Assembly (NCBI GenBank): GCA_017519185.1
Contig: JAFWSX010000006.1
Span: 96,084 to 160,083 of the forward strand
Direction of reading: 5' to 3'
Origin: Bacteroidales bacterium
GTDB taxonomy: Bacteria > Bacteroidota > Bacteroidia > Bacteroidales > UBA932
Length of the DNA: 64,000 bases
Position numbers and translations under genes: made by a program. Shown in pieces: positions 1 to 8,075 of this stretch (the stretch's first letter is position 1; each line of letters opens with the position of its first letter). The notes below the pieces were generated by a model. It worked only from the letters and a program-made list of their open reading frames with translations, ran no database searches and was not told the origin of the DNA.

Positions 1-432
1 CAACATATCCTGGGGATTGACAACCACACCTTTGTTCTTGGTGTCCGGCCTGAGAGCCGTTACAGAACCGGTAAGGTCGCTCTTCTTGACGGTACCGTAA
101 CCGATGACCACTACTTCGTCGAGGAATTCTGCGTCCTCTGCGAGAGTAACGGTTGCGGGTACGTCAGAAGCCTTGAAGGTCTGGGTGGAGTAGCCGATGC
201 AGCGGAATTCCACTATTGCATCAGCAGAGCTCACCGTCAGGCTGTAATTGCCGTCGAGGTCGGTCGAGGTGCCGTTGGTAGTACCCTGCTCGAGTACCGT
301 GGCGCCGATGACGGGACCTAACGCGTCGACAATCACACCCTTAACCTCGTATTTGCCGCTTTGGGCAAATACGCTTGCGGACAGCACAGCTGACGCCGTG
401 AAAGCCGCGAGGATGGTTAGGATTCTTTTCAT
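1..432 (-). CDS. SusC/RagA-type TonB-dependent outer-membrane receptor, N-terminal 144 codons only (gene continues past the window start)
   Basis: Hand translation of the minus strand from ATG 430-432 gives MKRILTILAAFTASAVLSASVFAQSGKYEVKGVIVDALGPVIGATVLEQGTTNGTSTDLDGNYSL...DEVVVIGYGTVKKSDLTGSV. That is a signal peptide, a carboxypeptidase-regulatory-like domain and the SusC-type GYGT.KK.DLTGSV box. It is open at the window edge and not on the ORF track. Confidence 0.85.
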   Translation of the reverse strand, partial: MKRILTILAAFTASAVLSASVFAQSGKYEVKGVIVDALGPVIGATVLEQGTTNGTSTDLDGNYSLTVSSADAIVEFRCIGYSTQTFKASDVPATVTLAEDAEFLDEVVVIGYGTVKKSDLTGSVTALRPDTKNKGVVVNPQDML

Positions 433-439
433 ACAATGT

Positions 440-1768
440 TTATTTGGTTTGTTTGGTATTTATGATTCTTACGGCCAGGGCACCGAGGCAGAGCAATACT
501 CCTGCAGAGAGGAGCATCATTGCCTGGTTGCCGCCGAGAACTTTCAGGAGGAGGCCGCCGAGTGCAGCGGCTATTATCTGCGGCAGGCAGATAGTACAGT
601 TGAACAGACCCAGATATGTTCCCATATGGGATGTTCCCTGCAGCGAGTTGGTCAGCAGGGTGAAGGGCAGGGCGAGCATTGCAGCCCAGGCGGCACCCAC
701 GAGCAGGTAGCTGACGAAGAGAGCATACTGGTTATGCAGGAACGCAGCGCTTGCGAATCCGACTGCACCGATGAGCAGGCTCACCACATAGGCAGTCTTG
801 ACATTCTTGAACTTCGGGATCATAATTGCCCAAAGTATCGAGCCGACGGCCTGCACGGCGAAGAGGACCCCGACCCAGTTGCCGGCGGCCTGATAACCTG
901 CGGAAGCGGTGTCGGTGGTGCCCCAGCAGTTTGCTGCTATCGCACCGTTGGTGTAGGTCCACATAAAGAGGAAGGCAGACCAGCAGAAGAACTGCACGAG
1001 TCCCACGGTCCAGAAGGTCTTGGGCGCTTTGGCAAGCAACTTTATGAAGCCCTGCTTCTCATCTGTCTCATCTTCGGCGGTTCCGTTGTACAGCCGGTAT
1101 TCCTCAGGGTTGTACTCCTTGACTTTTGCGAAGGTATAGAGCACGCAGGCAATGAGGATGGCTGCTCCGACATAGAAACTCCATACTACTGAAGGAGGTA
1201 TTACGCCTTTGGGGGCGGTGTTGGCAATCCCGATCCAGGTGAAGAAGATGGGGAGGAGGTAGCCTACGAGCGAGCCGGCGTTGCACAGCAGGCTCTGGAT
1301 GCTGTAGGCACGGGTCTTCTGCTCCTCGTTCACCATATCGCCGACCATCATCTTGAAAGGCTGCATCGCCACGTTGATTGATGTGTCGAGGAAGATGAGG
1401 GAGAAGAGGCCGAACCACATCGCTCCGTTGAGTCCGAGCAGCAGCCGGGTGGAGAAGTTGAGGCTTCCGGCGTTAGGCAGGAATGCCATCACGAGCACAG
1501 CTACGATAGCGCCCACCAGAAGGTAGGGCTTGCGGCGGCCGAGACGGCACCAGGTCTTGTCGGACCATTTGCCGATGAGTGGTTGAACTATCATTCCCAT
1601 CAGAGGGGGAAGTATCCAGAAAAAGCTCAGCTGGTGCGGGTCTGCACCGAGCGTGGCGAAAATGCGCGATATGTTTGCGCTCTGAAGCGCATAGGCGATC
1701 TGGACGCCGAAGAATCCGAAACTCAGATTCCACAGTTGCGCGGTTGACAGTGAGGGTTTGGTGGCCAT
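440..1768 (-). CDS. MFS sugar:cation symporter (GPH/SLC45-like, maltose/sucrose-carrier-like)
   Basis: 442-aa polytopic ORF. It has the loop motif GKWSDKTWCRLGRRKPY typical of sugar MFS carriers. It stops 7 bp before the SusC-like start codon on the same strand. Confidence 0.85.
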   Translation of the reverse strand: MATKPSLSTAQLWNLSFGFFGVQIAYALQSANISRIFATLGADPHQLSFFWILPPLMGMIVQPLIGKWSDKTWCRLGRRKPYLLVGAIVAVLVMAFLPNAGSLNFSTRLLLGLNGAMWFGLFSLIFLDTSINVAMQPFKMMVGDMVNEEQKTRAYSIQSLLCNAGSLVGYLLPIFFTWIGIANTAPKGVIPPSVVWSFYVGAAILIACVLYTFAKVKEYNPEEYRLYNGTAEDETDEKQGFIKLLAKAPKTFWTVGLVQFFCWSAFLFMWTYTNGAIAANCWGTTDTASAGYQAAGNWVGVLFAVQAVGSILWAIMIPKFKNVKTAYVVSLLIGAVGFASAAFLHNQYALFVSYLLVGAAWAAMLALPFTLLTNSLQGTSHMGTYLGLFNCTICLPQIIAAALGGLLLKVLGGNQAMMLLSAGVLLCLGALAVRIINTKQTK

Positions 1769-1882
1769 CAGATTAGTGTTATAACAAAAACTAAATTACA
1801 ATCCTTTCCGATGTCTTACACGCGCGCGCGATGGAATTCGGAGAAAATCAGGACGAATTTGCAGTTTTGATGGATGAATTTT

Positions 1883-1890
1883 TATATTTG
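1883..1890 (+). promoter_or_regulatory. Bacteroidetes -7 box TATATTTG
   Basis: Matches TAnnTTTG, 20 nt upstream of ATG 1911. Confidence 0.45.
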
Positions 1891-1910
1891 TACGACAGAA
1901 TTAGGTAAAA

Positions 1911-2663
1911 ATGGGAGGTCTTTCAAGAAAGACAGCATTCTGGCTGGTAATGGTCTTTACTGCGCTGCACGCGTTGACCTGTATCGCCTGCCGTGCGATG
2001 GGGGCGGAGGATACTCAGGCTCTGACCTTGCTCACACTGGCTATGGTTTTCATACTCTGCAACCAGAGCGGACTCAAGATATACTTCACTCTTGTGGCGC
2101 TGGTGATGATCAATGTGATGGCCTATCTCATAGGCAACGCCCTTCCCACCATGCTCATTCCGCTTATGGGTGAGAGCATGTGGGTATATGCCATCTCGAC
2201 TTCGTTTACTACCCTGGTACTTGGACTCATCCTCCTGTTGATGATACATTTTCTTTCGCGCAGTCCTCTCTTTGCCAATATGATGAAGGATCCCGTTCAG
2301 CCGGAAGCCTCACCCAAAGAATACAGACAGCGCTGGATCGTACGTTCAGGTGACCGTATCGTACCGGTCCCGACGGAGCAGATTGCCTGTTTCTATTCCA
2401 AGGACAAGTGCAACTACCTGCTCACTGATGACGGTGAACGCTACATCGTTGATTCCACAATGGATGAAATAATGAAAGGGCTGGATCCTGAGCGTTTCTT
2501 CCGCATCAACCGCAGCTGCATCCCCGCCCTGGCATCAATCGAAAGTGCCGTGGTCAGCTCCGGCCGCTACAAGGTGGAGGTAAAGCCCCAGCCGGATGAC
2601 GTTTCGACCCTTGTCACCCGTTCTCGCGAAGAAGAGTTCCTTCGCTGGCTCGAGAAAGCATAA
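1911..2663 (+). CDS. Membrane-anchored LytTR-domain DNA-binding protein (about 4 TM helices, no receiver domain)
   Basis: 250 aa. The N-terminal half is hydrophobic helices (AFWLVMVFTALHALTCIAC, IYFTLVALVMINVMAYLIG, VYAISTSFTTLVLGLILLLMIHFL). The C-terminal part, IVPVPTEQIACFYSKDKCNYLLTDDGERYIVDSTMDEIMKGLDPERFFRINRSCI, is a LytTR fold signature. Confidence 0.85.
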   Translation: MGGLSRKTAFWLVMVFTALHALTCIACRAMGAEDTQALTLLTLAMVFILCNQSGLKIYFTLVALVMINVMAYLIGNALPTMLIPLMGESMWVYAISTSFTTLVLGLILLLMIHFLSRSPLFANMMKDPVQPEASPKEYRQRWIVRSGDRIVPVPTEQIACFYSKDKCNYLLTDDGERYIVDSTMDEIMKGLDPERFFRINRSCIPALASIESAVVSSGRYKVEVKPQPDDVSTLVTRSREEEFLRWLEKA

Positions 2664-2670
2664 AAATACC

Positions 2671-2678
2671 TACATTTG
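2671..2678 (+). promoter_or_regulatory. -7 box TACATTTG
   Basis: Matches TAnnTTTG, 22 nt upstream of the cysS ATG. Confidence 0.5.
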
Positions 2679-2700
2679 CAATTCGTAAAACCTTTTAGCA

Positions 2701-4173
2701 ATGGCGCGAGAAATCTACCTGTACAACACGCTGACAAGAACCAAGCAACTGTTTGTCCCCATCAATCCCGGTCACGTGGGCATCTATGTCTGCGGCCCGA
2801 CTGTCTATGGCGACGCCCATCTCGGCCACGCGCGCCCCGGCATCACCTATGACGTGCTGGTGCGCCTGTTCCGCTATCTCGGCTACAAGGTGCGCTATGT
2901 TCGCAACATCACTGATGTAGGCCATCTGGAGCACGATGCTGACGAAGGTGAGGACAAGATTGCTAAGAAGGCTCGTCTGGAGCAGCTCGAGCCTATGGAA
3001 GTGGTGCAGTACTACACTCTCCGCTATCAGGCTGCGATGACGAAGCTCGGAGTGCAGCCCCCGTCAATCGAGCCCCGTGCCTCAGGTCACATTATCGAGC
3101 AGATAGAGCTGGTGAAGCAGATCCTGGATGCCGGCTACGCTTATGTCAGCAATGGTTCGGTTTACTTCGACGTTGAGAAATACAACAAAGACCACCGTTA
3201 TGGCGTGCTTTCAGGCCGCACCATCGACGAGATGATAGCAAACACCCGCGAACTTGACGGCCAGAGCGACAAACACAGCAGCTATGATTTCGCGCTTTGG
3301 AAGAAAGCGGCTCCTGAGCACATAATGCACTGGCCTTCTCCCTGGAGCGAAGGTTTTCCGGGTTGGCATCTTGAGTGCTCTGCAATGAGTGCAAAATATC
3401 TCGGCGAGGAATTCGACATCCACGGCGGCGGAATGGACCTTATGTTTCCGCACCACGAGTGCGAACTGGCCCAGAACACGGCTTCACGAGGCAAAGGTGG
3501 CGTTCACTACTGGATCCACAACAATATGATCACCATCAACGGGCAGAAGATGGGCAAGTCCTACGGCAACTTCATCACACTCGACGAGTTGTTCAACGGC
3601 ACACATCCCATCCTGAAGCAGGCCTACAGCCCTATGACCGTGCGTTTCTTTATTCTCCAGGCTCACTACCGCGGCACTCTCGACTTCAGTAACGAGGCTT
3701 TGCAGGCCGCTGAGAAGGGTTTGAAGAGACTTATGCAGGCGGCTGCAGAAGTAGAAGGCCTGAAGGTTGATGATGTTCCGGCTTCTGAGGAGATCTCCAA
3801 GATCAGGGAGAATGTCTACGAGGCTCTCTGCGACGACCTTAACACCCCCATCGCGCTGTCGAACCTGTTCGAGGCTGTCCGCATCGTCAATACCGTGGCT
3901 GACGGCAAGATGAAGATTTGCGCTGCCGACAGGGATATCCTGAAAGAACTCCTGAAGACCGTGGTCGGTGACGTGCTGGGCCTTGTCGACGAGAGGGAGC
4001 AGGGCGGCAACGAGAAGGTGATCGACGGTCTGATGGATATGATCCTTGCCTATCGAAAGGAAGCCAAGATGGCCAAGGACTGGGCTAAGAGCGACCAGAT
4101 CCGCGACGCGCTCGGAGCGCTTGGCATTGAGGTCAAGGATACAAAGGACGGAAGCACCTGGTCGCTGAAATAG
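2701..4173 (+). CDS. cysS: Cysteine--tRNA ligase
   Basis: 490 aa with class I aaRS HIGH (HLGHARP) and KMSKS (KMGKSYGN) motifs. It has the CysRS-typical [19 protein letters not shown] zinc site. Confidence 0.96.
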   Translation: MAREIYLYNTLTRTKQLFVPINPGHVGIYVCGPTVYGDAHLGHARPGITYDVLVRLFRYLGYKVRYVRNITDVGHLEHDADEGEDKIAKKARLEQLEPMEVVQYYTLRYQAAMTKLGVQPPSIEPRASGHIIEQIELVKQILDAGYAYVSNGSVYFDVEKYNKDHRYGVLSGRTIDEMIANTRELDGQSDKHSSYDFALWKKAAPEHIMHWPSPWSEGFPGWHLECSAMSAKYLGEEFDIHGGGMDLMFPHHECELAQNTASRGKGGVHYWIHNNMITINGQKMGKSYGNFITLDELFNGTHPILKQAYSPMTVRFFILQAHYRGTLDFSNEALQAAEKGLKRLMQAAAEVEGLKVDDVPASEEISKIRENVYEALCDDLNTPIALSNLFEAVRIVNTVADGKMKICAADRDILKELLKTVVGDVLGLVDEREQGGNEKVIDGLMDMILAYRKEAKMAKDWAKSDQIRDALGALGIEVKDTKDGSTWSLK

Positions 4174-4175
4174 CG

Positions 4176-5555
4176 TCAGGCAAGGCTGCAGAGCAGAGTG
4201 GCGCTCGTGCAGTCAAGTACTTTCACGTTTACATAATCGCCGGCTTTGAGGTCGGAAGCCTTGAACACGCAGGACTTGTTCTGCGATGTGCGGCCGACCA
4301 TATCCTTGTCGGAACGTTTGGAGGGGCCTTCGATGAGAACCTCGAACACTTTGCCGATGTCGCGGCGGTTGCTTTCGAGCGACAGTGTGTTCTGCAGGGC
4401 GATGATTTCGTTCAGACGGGCTGTCTTCACTTCCGGGGGAACGTCATCCGGAAAATGCCTTGCAGCCTTGGTGCCCGGTCTTTCGGAATACTGGAACATG
4501 AATGCTGCGTCGAAGCCGACTTCCCTGAAAAGGCTCAGGGTGTCCTGATGGTCTGCTTCGGTCTCACCGCAGAAACCGGCGATGACGTCTGTAGTTATGG
4601 AGCAGTCAGGAATGATGCGGCGGATGGATGCGATGCGCTCCAGATACCATTCGCGCGTGTGCTTGCGGTTCATCTTCTCGAGCATCGCGTTGCTGCCTGA
4701 CTGGACGGGCAGGTGGATGTGGCGGCAAATGTTTTTGTGAGCTGCCATTGCATACAGCACCTCGTCGCTCATATCCTTGGGATGGGAAGTAGAGAAACGG
4801 ACTCTCAGTGAAGGGTCGATAAGTGCAACCTGTTCCAGCAGGGCCGCAAAGTTCATCGGCTGTTCGGAGCCGGGAGCTCCCTTCCAGTTGTAGGAATCCA
4901 CATTCTGACCAAGCAGGCTTATCTCCCTATAACCGTTGGCGAACAGTTCGCGGGCTTCGTGGAGTATGGTCTGCGGGTCGCGGCTGCGCTCAGCACCCCT
5001 TGTATAGGGTACTACGCAGTAGGAGCAGACGTTGTTGCACCCCCTCATTATGGATATGTACGCACTGACGGCATTCCTGTCCATACGGACCGGGGAGATG
5101 TCTGCGTAGGTCTCTTCGTGTGAAAGGATGGTGTTTATCTGTTTGCCGTCGGCAGTGACTGCGGCTATCAGCCTGGGAAGGTCACGGTATGCATCCGGTC
5201 CAGCCACGAGATCCACCACGGGATGGGCGAGCAGCTTTTCCTTGAGCCTCTCAGCCATACAGCCGAGAACGCCTACCACAAGTCCGGGATTTTTCTTCTT
5301 TTCCAGGCGGAACACTTCAAGGCGGCCGAGTATCCTCTGCTCGGCATTGTCTCTTATCGCGCAGGTGTTGATGAGCACGAGGGCTGCGTCATCAATCTTG
5401 TCGCAGAGAGCATATCCGGCCTTTTGGAGAATGGACAGCACTACTTCGCTGTCATTGACGTTCATCTGGCAGCCATAGGTCTCGATGTAGACCTGCAGAC
5501 GCTTGGGGTCGAAGATCGCTCTTACCGACTGGTATTCATTTTGCATTAACGGCAT
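4176..5555 (-). CDS. miaB: tRNA-2-methylthio-N6-dimethylallyladenosine synthase
   Basis: YIETYGCQMNVNDSE N-terminal cluster, radical-SAM CNNVCSYCVVPYTRG and a C-terminal TRAM domain. The track ORF extends to 5621. I chose ATG 5553-5555 (MPLMQNEYQ) because the extension runs through the divergent promoter. Confidence 0.93.
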   Translation of the reverse strand: MPLMQNEYQSVRAIFDPKRLQVYIETYGCQMNVNDSEVVLSILQKAGYALCDKIDDAALVLINTCAIRDNAEQRILGRLEVFRLEKKKNPGLVVGVLGCMAERLKEKLLAHPVVDLVAGPDAYRDLPRLIAAVTADGKQINTILSHEETYADISPVRMDRNAVSAYISIMRGCNNVCSYCVVPYTRGAERSRDPQTILHEARELFANGYREISLLGQNVDSYNWKGAPGSEQPMNFAALLEQVALIDPSLRVRFSTSHPKDMSDEVLYAMAAHKNICRHIHLPVQSGSNAMLEKMNRKHTREWYLERIASIRRIIPDCSITTDVIAGFCGETEADHQDTLSLFREVGFDAAFMFQYSERPGTKAARHFPDDVPPEVKTARLNEIIALQNTLSLESNRRDIGKVFEVLIEGPSKRSDKDMVGRTSQNKSCVFKASDLKAGDYVNVKVLDCTSATLLCSLA

Positions 5556-5572
5556 TCTATTAATTGTGACTG

Positions 5573-5580
5573 CAAAGATA
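5573..5580 (-). promoter_or_regulatory. -7 box TATCTTTG (minus strand) for miaB
   Basis: Left arm of the 5571-5598 palindrome, 17 nt upstream of the miaB ATG. Confidence 0.45.
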
Positions 5581-5588
5581 GTTTTTTC

Positions 5589-5596
5589 TATCTTTG
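5589..5596 (+). promoter_or_regulatory. -7 box TATCTTTG for the lipoprotein-SPOR-rpoN string
   Basis: Right arm of the same palindrome, 9 nt upstream of ATG 5606. Confidence 0.45.
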
Positions 5597-5605
5597 CACA
5601 AAGAT

Positions 5606-6109
5606 ATGAAAATGAGAACATCCCTGAAGAGAATGCTTGTGCTGGCCTTAACGGCGGCAGTCCTCTGCAGTTGCGCGGACTACAGCAAGATTGTCTTCAG
5701 CGATTTCCGTGTCTCGTCCATCGATTCTCTGAAATACAGTCTGACTGACATGAGAGCCATCGTGAACTCGTCGCTGTCTGTCGACAATCCTTATTTCGCA
5801 ATGACATTCAAGGATTTTGCGGCGGATATAGTTACTCAGGAAGGAGAGGCTGTCGCCGAGATAAGGATGGATGAAGGTGTCGAACTGGACATCGCAGCCA
5901 AAGCAAAAACAGAGCTTGAAGCTCCACTCAGGGTGCATGTCCCCAATCCCCTGAAGCTGCTCGCACTAGGACCGGATGCCCTCGGTGCATTGAGCGGAGA
6001 AGGCTATCTGGTCAACTACAGCCTTGCAGTTTCAAGAGGAGGAAAGTTTCATAAGATCAAGAAGAACAATGTTCCTCTGAACTCTTTCATAAAGTCTCAA
6101 GAAGAATGA
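5606..6109 (+). CDS. Hypothetical lipoprotein (possibly LEA_2/NDR1-HIN1-like beta-sandwich)
   Basis: MKMRTSLKRMLVLALTAAVLCSC is a signal peptide plus lipobox Cys. The track start at 5594 is a TTG. The ATGA overlap with the next gene suggests coupling. Confidence 0.7.
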   Translation: MKMRTSLKRMLVLALTAAVLCSCADYSKIVFSDFRVSSIDSLKYSLTDMRAIVNSSLSVDNPYFAMTFKDFAADIVTQEGEAVAEIRMDEGVELDIAAKAKTELEAPLRVHVPNPLKLLALGPDALGALSGEGYLVNYSLAVSRGGKFHKIKKNNVPLNSFIKSQEE

Positions 6110-6594
6110 AAAAGTTAATCATAATGGCTGTCCTGGCTTGTATGTCACTGTTCCACGCAGCGGCACAGGATGACCTTACTGCCGTCAGGGAGTCTGCTCT
6201 GGACTCAACCCTGTATGGTAAAAATGTCTTTACTGTCATAAGCCAGAGCCGGTCAGGTCAGGGCAAGATAACCATCGACCAGCCCAGTTCCCTGGTTTCG
6301 GCAATGGCAAGACACAAGACCAGCAACGCATCCAAGCAGATGAACGGCTACCGTGTGAGGATTTTCTTCGACAACAGCCGTAATGCCAGGGCGGTTTCCG
6401 AGCAGGTGGCCGGTTCTTTCTCGGCGATATATCCCAATGTGGCGGTATACCGTGAATATGAAAACCCGTATTTCAAGGTCACTGTGGGTAATTTCCGCAC
6501 TAAAGCCGATGCGACAAGGTTCCTCAACAATATCAAAGGTCAGTTCCCGTCAGGCTTCATAGTACGGGAAAGAATCACATATCCCAGCTTCTGA
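6106..6594 (+). CDS. SPOR-domain (septal peptidoglycan-binding) protein
   Basis: Signal peptide, then GYRVRIFFDNSRNARAVSEQ...YENPYFKVTVGNFRTKADATRFLNNIKGQFPSGFIV, the classical SPOR repeat pattern. Confidence 0.85.
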   Translation: MKKLIIMAVLACMSLFHAAAQDDLTAVRESALDSTLYGKNVFTVISQSRSGQGKITIDQPSSLVSAMARHKTSNASKQMNGYRVRIFFDNSRNARAVSEQVAGSFSAIYPNVAVYREYENPYFKVTVGNFRTKADATRFLNNIKGQFPSGFIVRERITYPSF

Positions 6595-6599
6595 CAGAT

Positions 6600-8018
6600 A
6601 TGGAAATGATCAAACAGTCTTTGCAGCAGAAGCAGGTCCAGAAGCTTTCTCCTCTCCAGATACAGACGATAAAGCTTTTGGAATTGCCTACCCTGGAGCT
6701 GGAGCAGAGGATCCAGAAGGAGCTCGAAGAAAACCCCGTGCTTGACGAGGTTAACGACGAGAACCCCGAGGAGGATGACGGCCTTCCCAAGAAGGTGTCG
6801 CTCAGCGACTATCCGGCAGACGACCAGACTCCCTCCTATAAGACCTATGTCAACAACCAGGGCAAGGATCTCAAACCGCAGTACAACACTTTTTCTGTCA
6901 AGGAGAGTTTCCATCAGAATCTCGAGTCCCAGCTCGGCTACTGTCATCTGACACCCAGAGCCCGCCAGATCGCCTCATTCATCATTGGAATGATCGATGA
7001 TGACGGCTATCTGCGCCGCGACCTTGAGTCACTTGCTGACGATATCTCGTTCCGTCTCAACATCGAGACAGATGTCAACGAGCTCGAAGACCTTCTGAGC
7101 ATAATTCAGGAGTTCGACCCTGTCGGTGTGGGAGCGAGGGACCTGCGCGAGTGCCTGCTGCTTCAGATCAAGGCTAAAACACACGACCAGGCTCAGCAGG
7201 ATGCCCAGGAAATCCTTGAGAACCACTTTGAGGAATTCACCAAGAAGCATTACTCGAAGATCCTCGCCAAGATGAAGATCAGCGAAGACAGGCTCAAAAA
7301 GGCGATTGAAGAGATAGTCCATCTGAATCCCCGTCCCGGAGGCCAGATCGACGACTCGTACAGCGAGCAGGCCCAGCAGGTGGTGCCTGATTTCGTCCTT
7401 GAACTGAAAGACGGCAAACCTGTTATGTCGATGCCCCGTTTCAATGTCCCCGAACTCAGGGTGAACAAGCGCTATGCCGACATCCTTATGGATTCCGCCT
7501 CCAAGTCTACAAAAGAAGGCAAGGAAGCAGTGACTTTCGTCAAGCAGAAACTGGATTCTGCCAAATGGTTCATCGAGGCGATCAAACAGAGGCAGCGCAC
7601 GCTCCAGAACACGATGAACGCCATAATCGAGTTCCAGTATGATTTCTTCATCGACGGCGACGAGACCAAGCTGAAGCCGATGGTCCTCAAGAATATAGCT
7701 GAGCGTACAGGGCTTGACATTTCTACAATTTCTCGTGTTGTGAACTGCAAATACATCCAGACACATTTCGGAATCTACCCCCTGAAGTATTTCTTCTCCG
7801 AAGGACTGATGACAGAAAGCGGTGAGGAAGTGTCTACCCGCGAGATAAAGAAGATCCTTACTGAAAGTATCGAGGCAGAAGACAAGTCCAAACCTCTGAC
7901 CGACGAGGAACTTGTGACCGTCCTCACGGAAAAAGGCTACAAGGTTGCCCGAAGGACCGTGGCCAAGTACAGGGAGCAGCTGAACATCCCCATAGCGCGC
8001 CTCCGCAAAGAGATATAA
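6600..8018 (+). CDS. rpoN: RNA polymerase sigma-54 factor
   Basis: 472 aa with an N-terminal Gln/Leu-rich activator-interaction region and a C-terminal RpoN box ARRTVAKYREQLNIP. Confidence 0.96.
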   Translation: MEMIKQSLQQKQVQKLSPLQIQTIKLLELPTLELEQRIQKELEENPVLDEVNDENPEEDDGLPKKVSLSDYPADDQTPSYKTYVNNQGKDLKPQYNTFSVKESFHQNLESQLGYCHLTPRARQIASFIIGMIDDDGYLRRDLESLADDISFRLNIETDVNELEDLLSIIQEFDPVGVGARDLRECLLLQIKAKTHDQAQQDAQEILENHFEEFTKKHYSKILAKMKISEDRLKKAIEEIVHLNPRPGGQIDDSYSEQAQQVVPDFVLELKDGKPVMSMPRFNVPELRVNKRYADILMDSASKSTKEGKEAVTFVKQKLDSAKWFIEAIKQRQRTLQNTMNAIIEFQYDFFIDGDETKLKPMVLKNIAERTGLDISTISRVVNCKYIQTHFGIYPLKYFFSEGLMTESGEEVSTREIKKILTESIEAEDKSKPLTDEELVTVLTEKGYKVARRTVAKYREQLNIPIARLRKEI

Positions 8019-8019
8019 A

Positions 8020-8060
8020 AATTCCGGCCAAGCAGATGCTGAAGCCGGAATTTCTTTTTT
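8020..8060. terminator. Bidirectional intrinsic terminator between rpoN and the acyl-CoA ligase gene
   Basis: 9-bp stem AATTCCGGC / GCCGGAATT. It is flanked by an A-run upstream and TTTCTTTTTT downstream. Confidence 0.75.
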
Positions 8061-8075
8061 ATATGTTGGTTTAGG

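Noticed and set aside
248-1192. 314-aa plus-strand ORF (and nested 444-710, 732-962, 1104-1418, 1473-1733 ORFs)
   Set aside because: It lies entirely antisense or out of frame within the well-supported MFS transporter and SusC genes. Composition is low-complexity and Arg/Gly/Ala-rich, typical of shadow frames in GC-rich coding DNA.
1817-1830. Alternating purine-pyrimidine tract TACA(CG)5 in the divergent MFS/LytTR spacer
   Set aside because: It could be Z-DNA-prone or a slippage tract. However, five dinucleotide units are too short to argue for phase variation, and it does not sit between recognisable -33 and -7 elements.
7029-7766. 245-aa minus-strand ORF
   Set aside because: Antisense to rpoN, whose identity is unambiguous. 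It has no recognisable motif and no promoter box.
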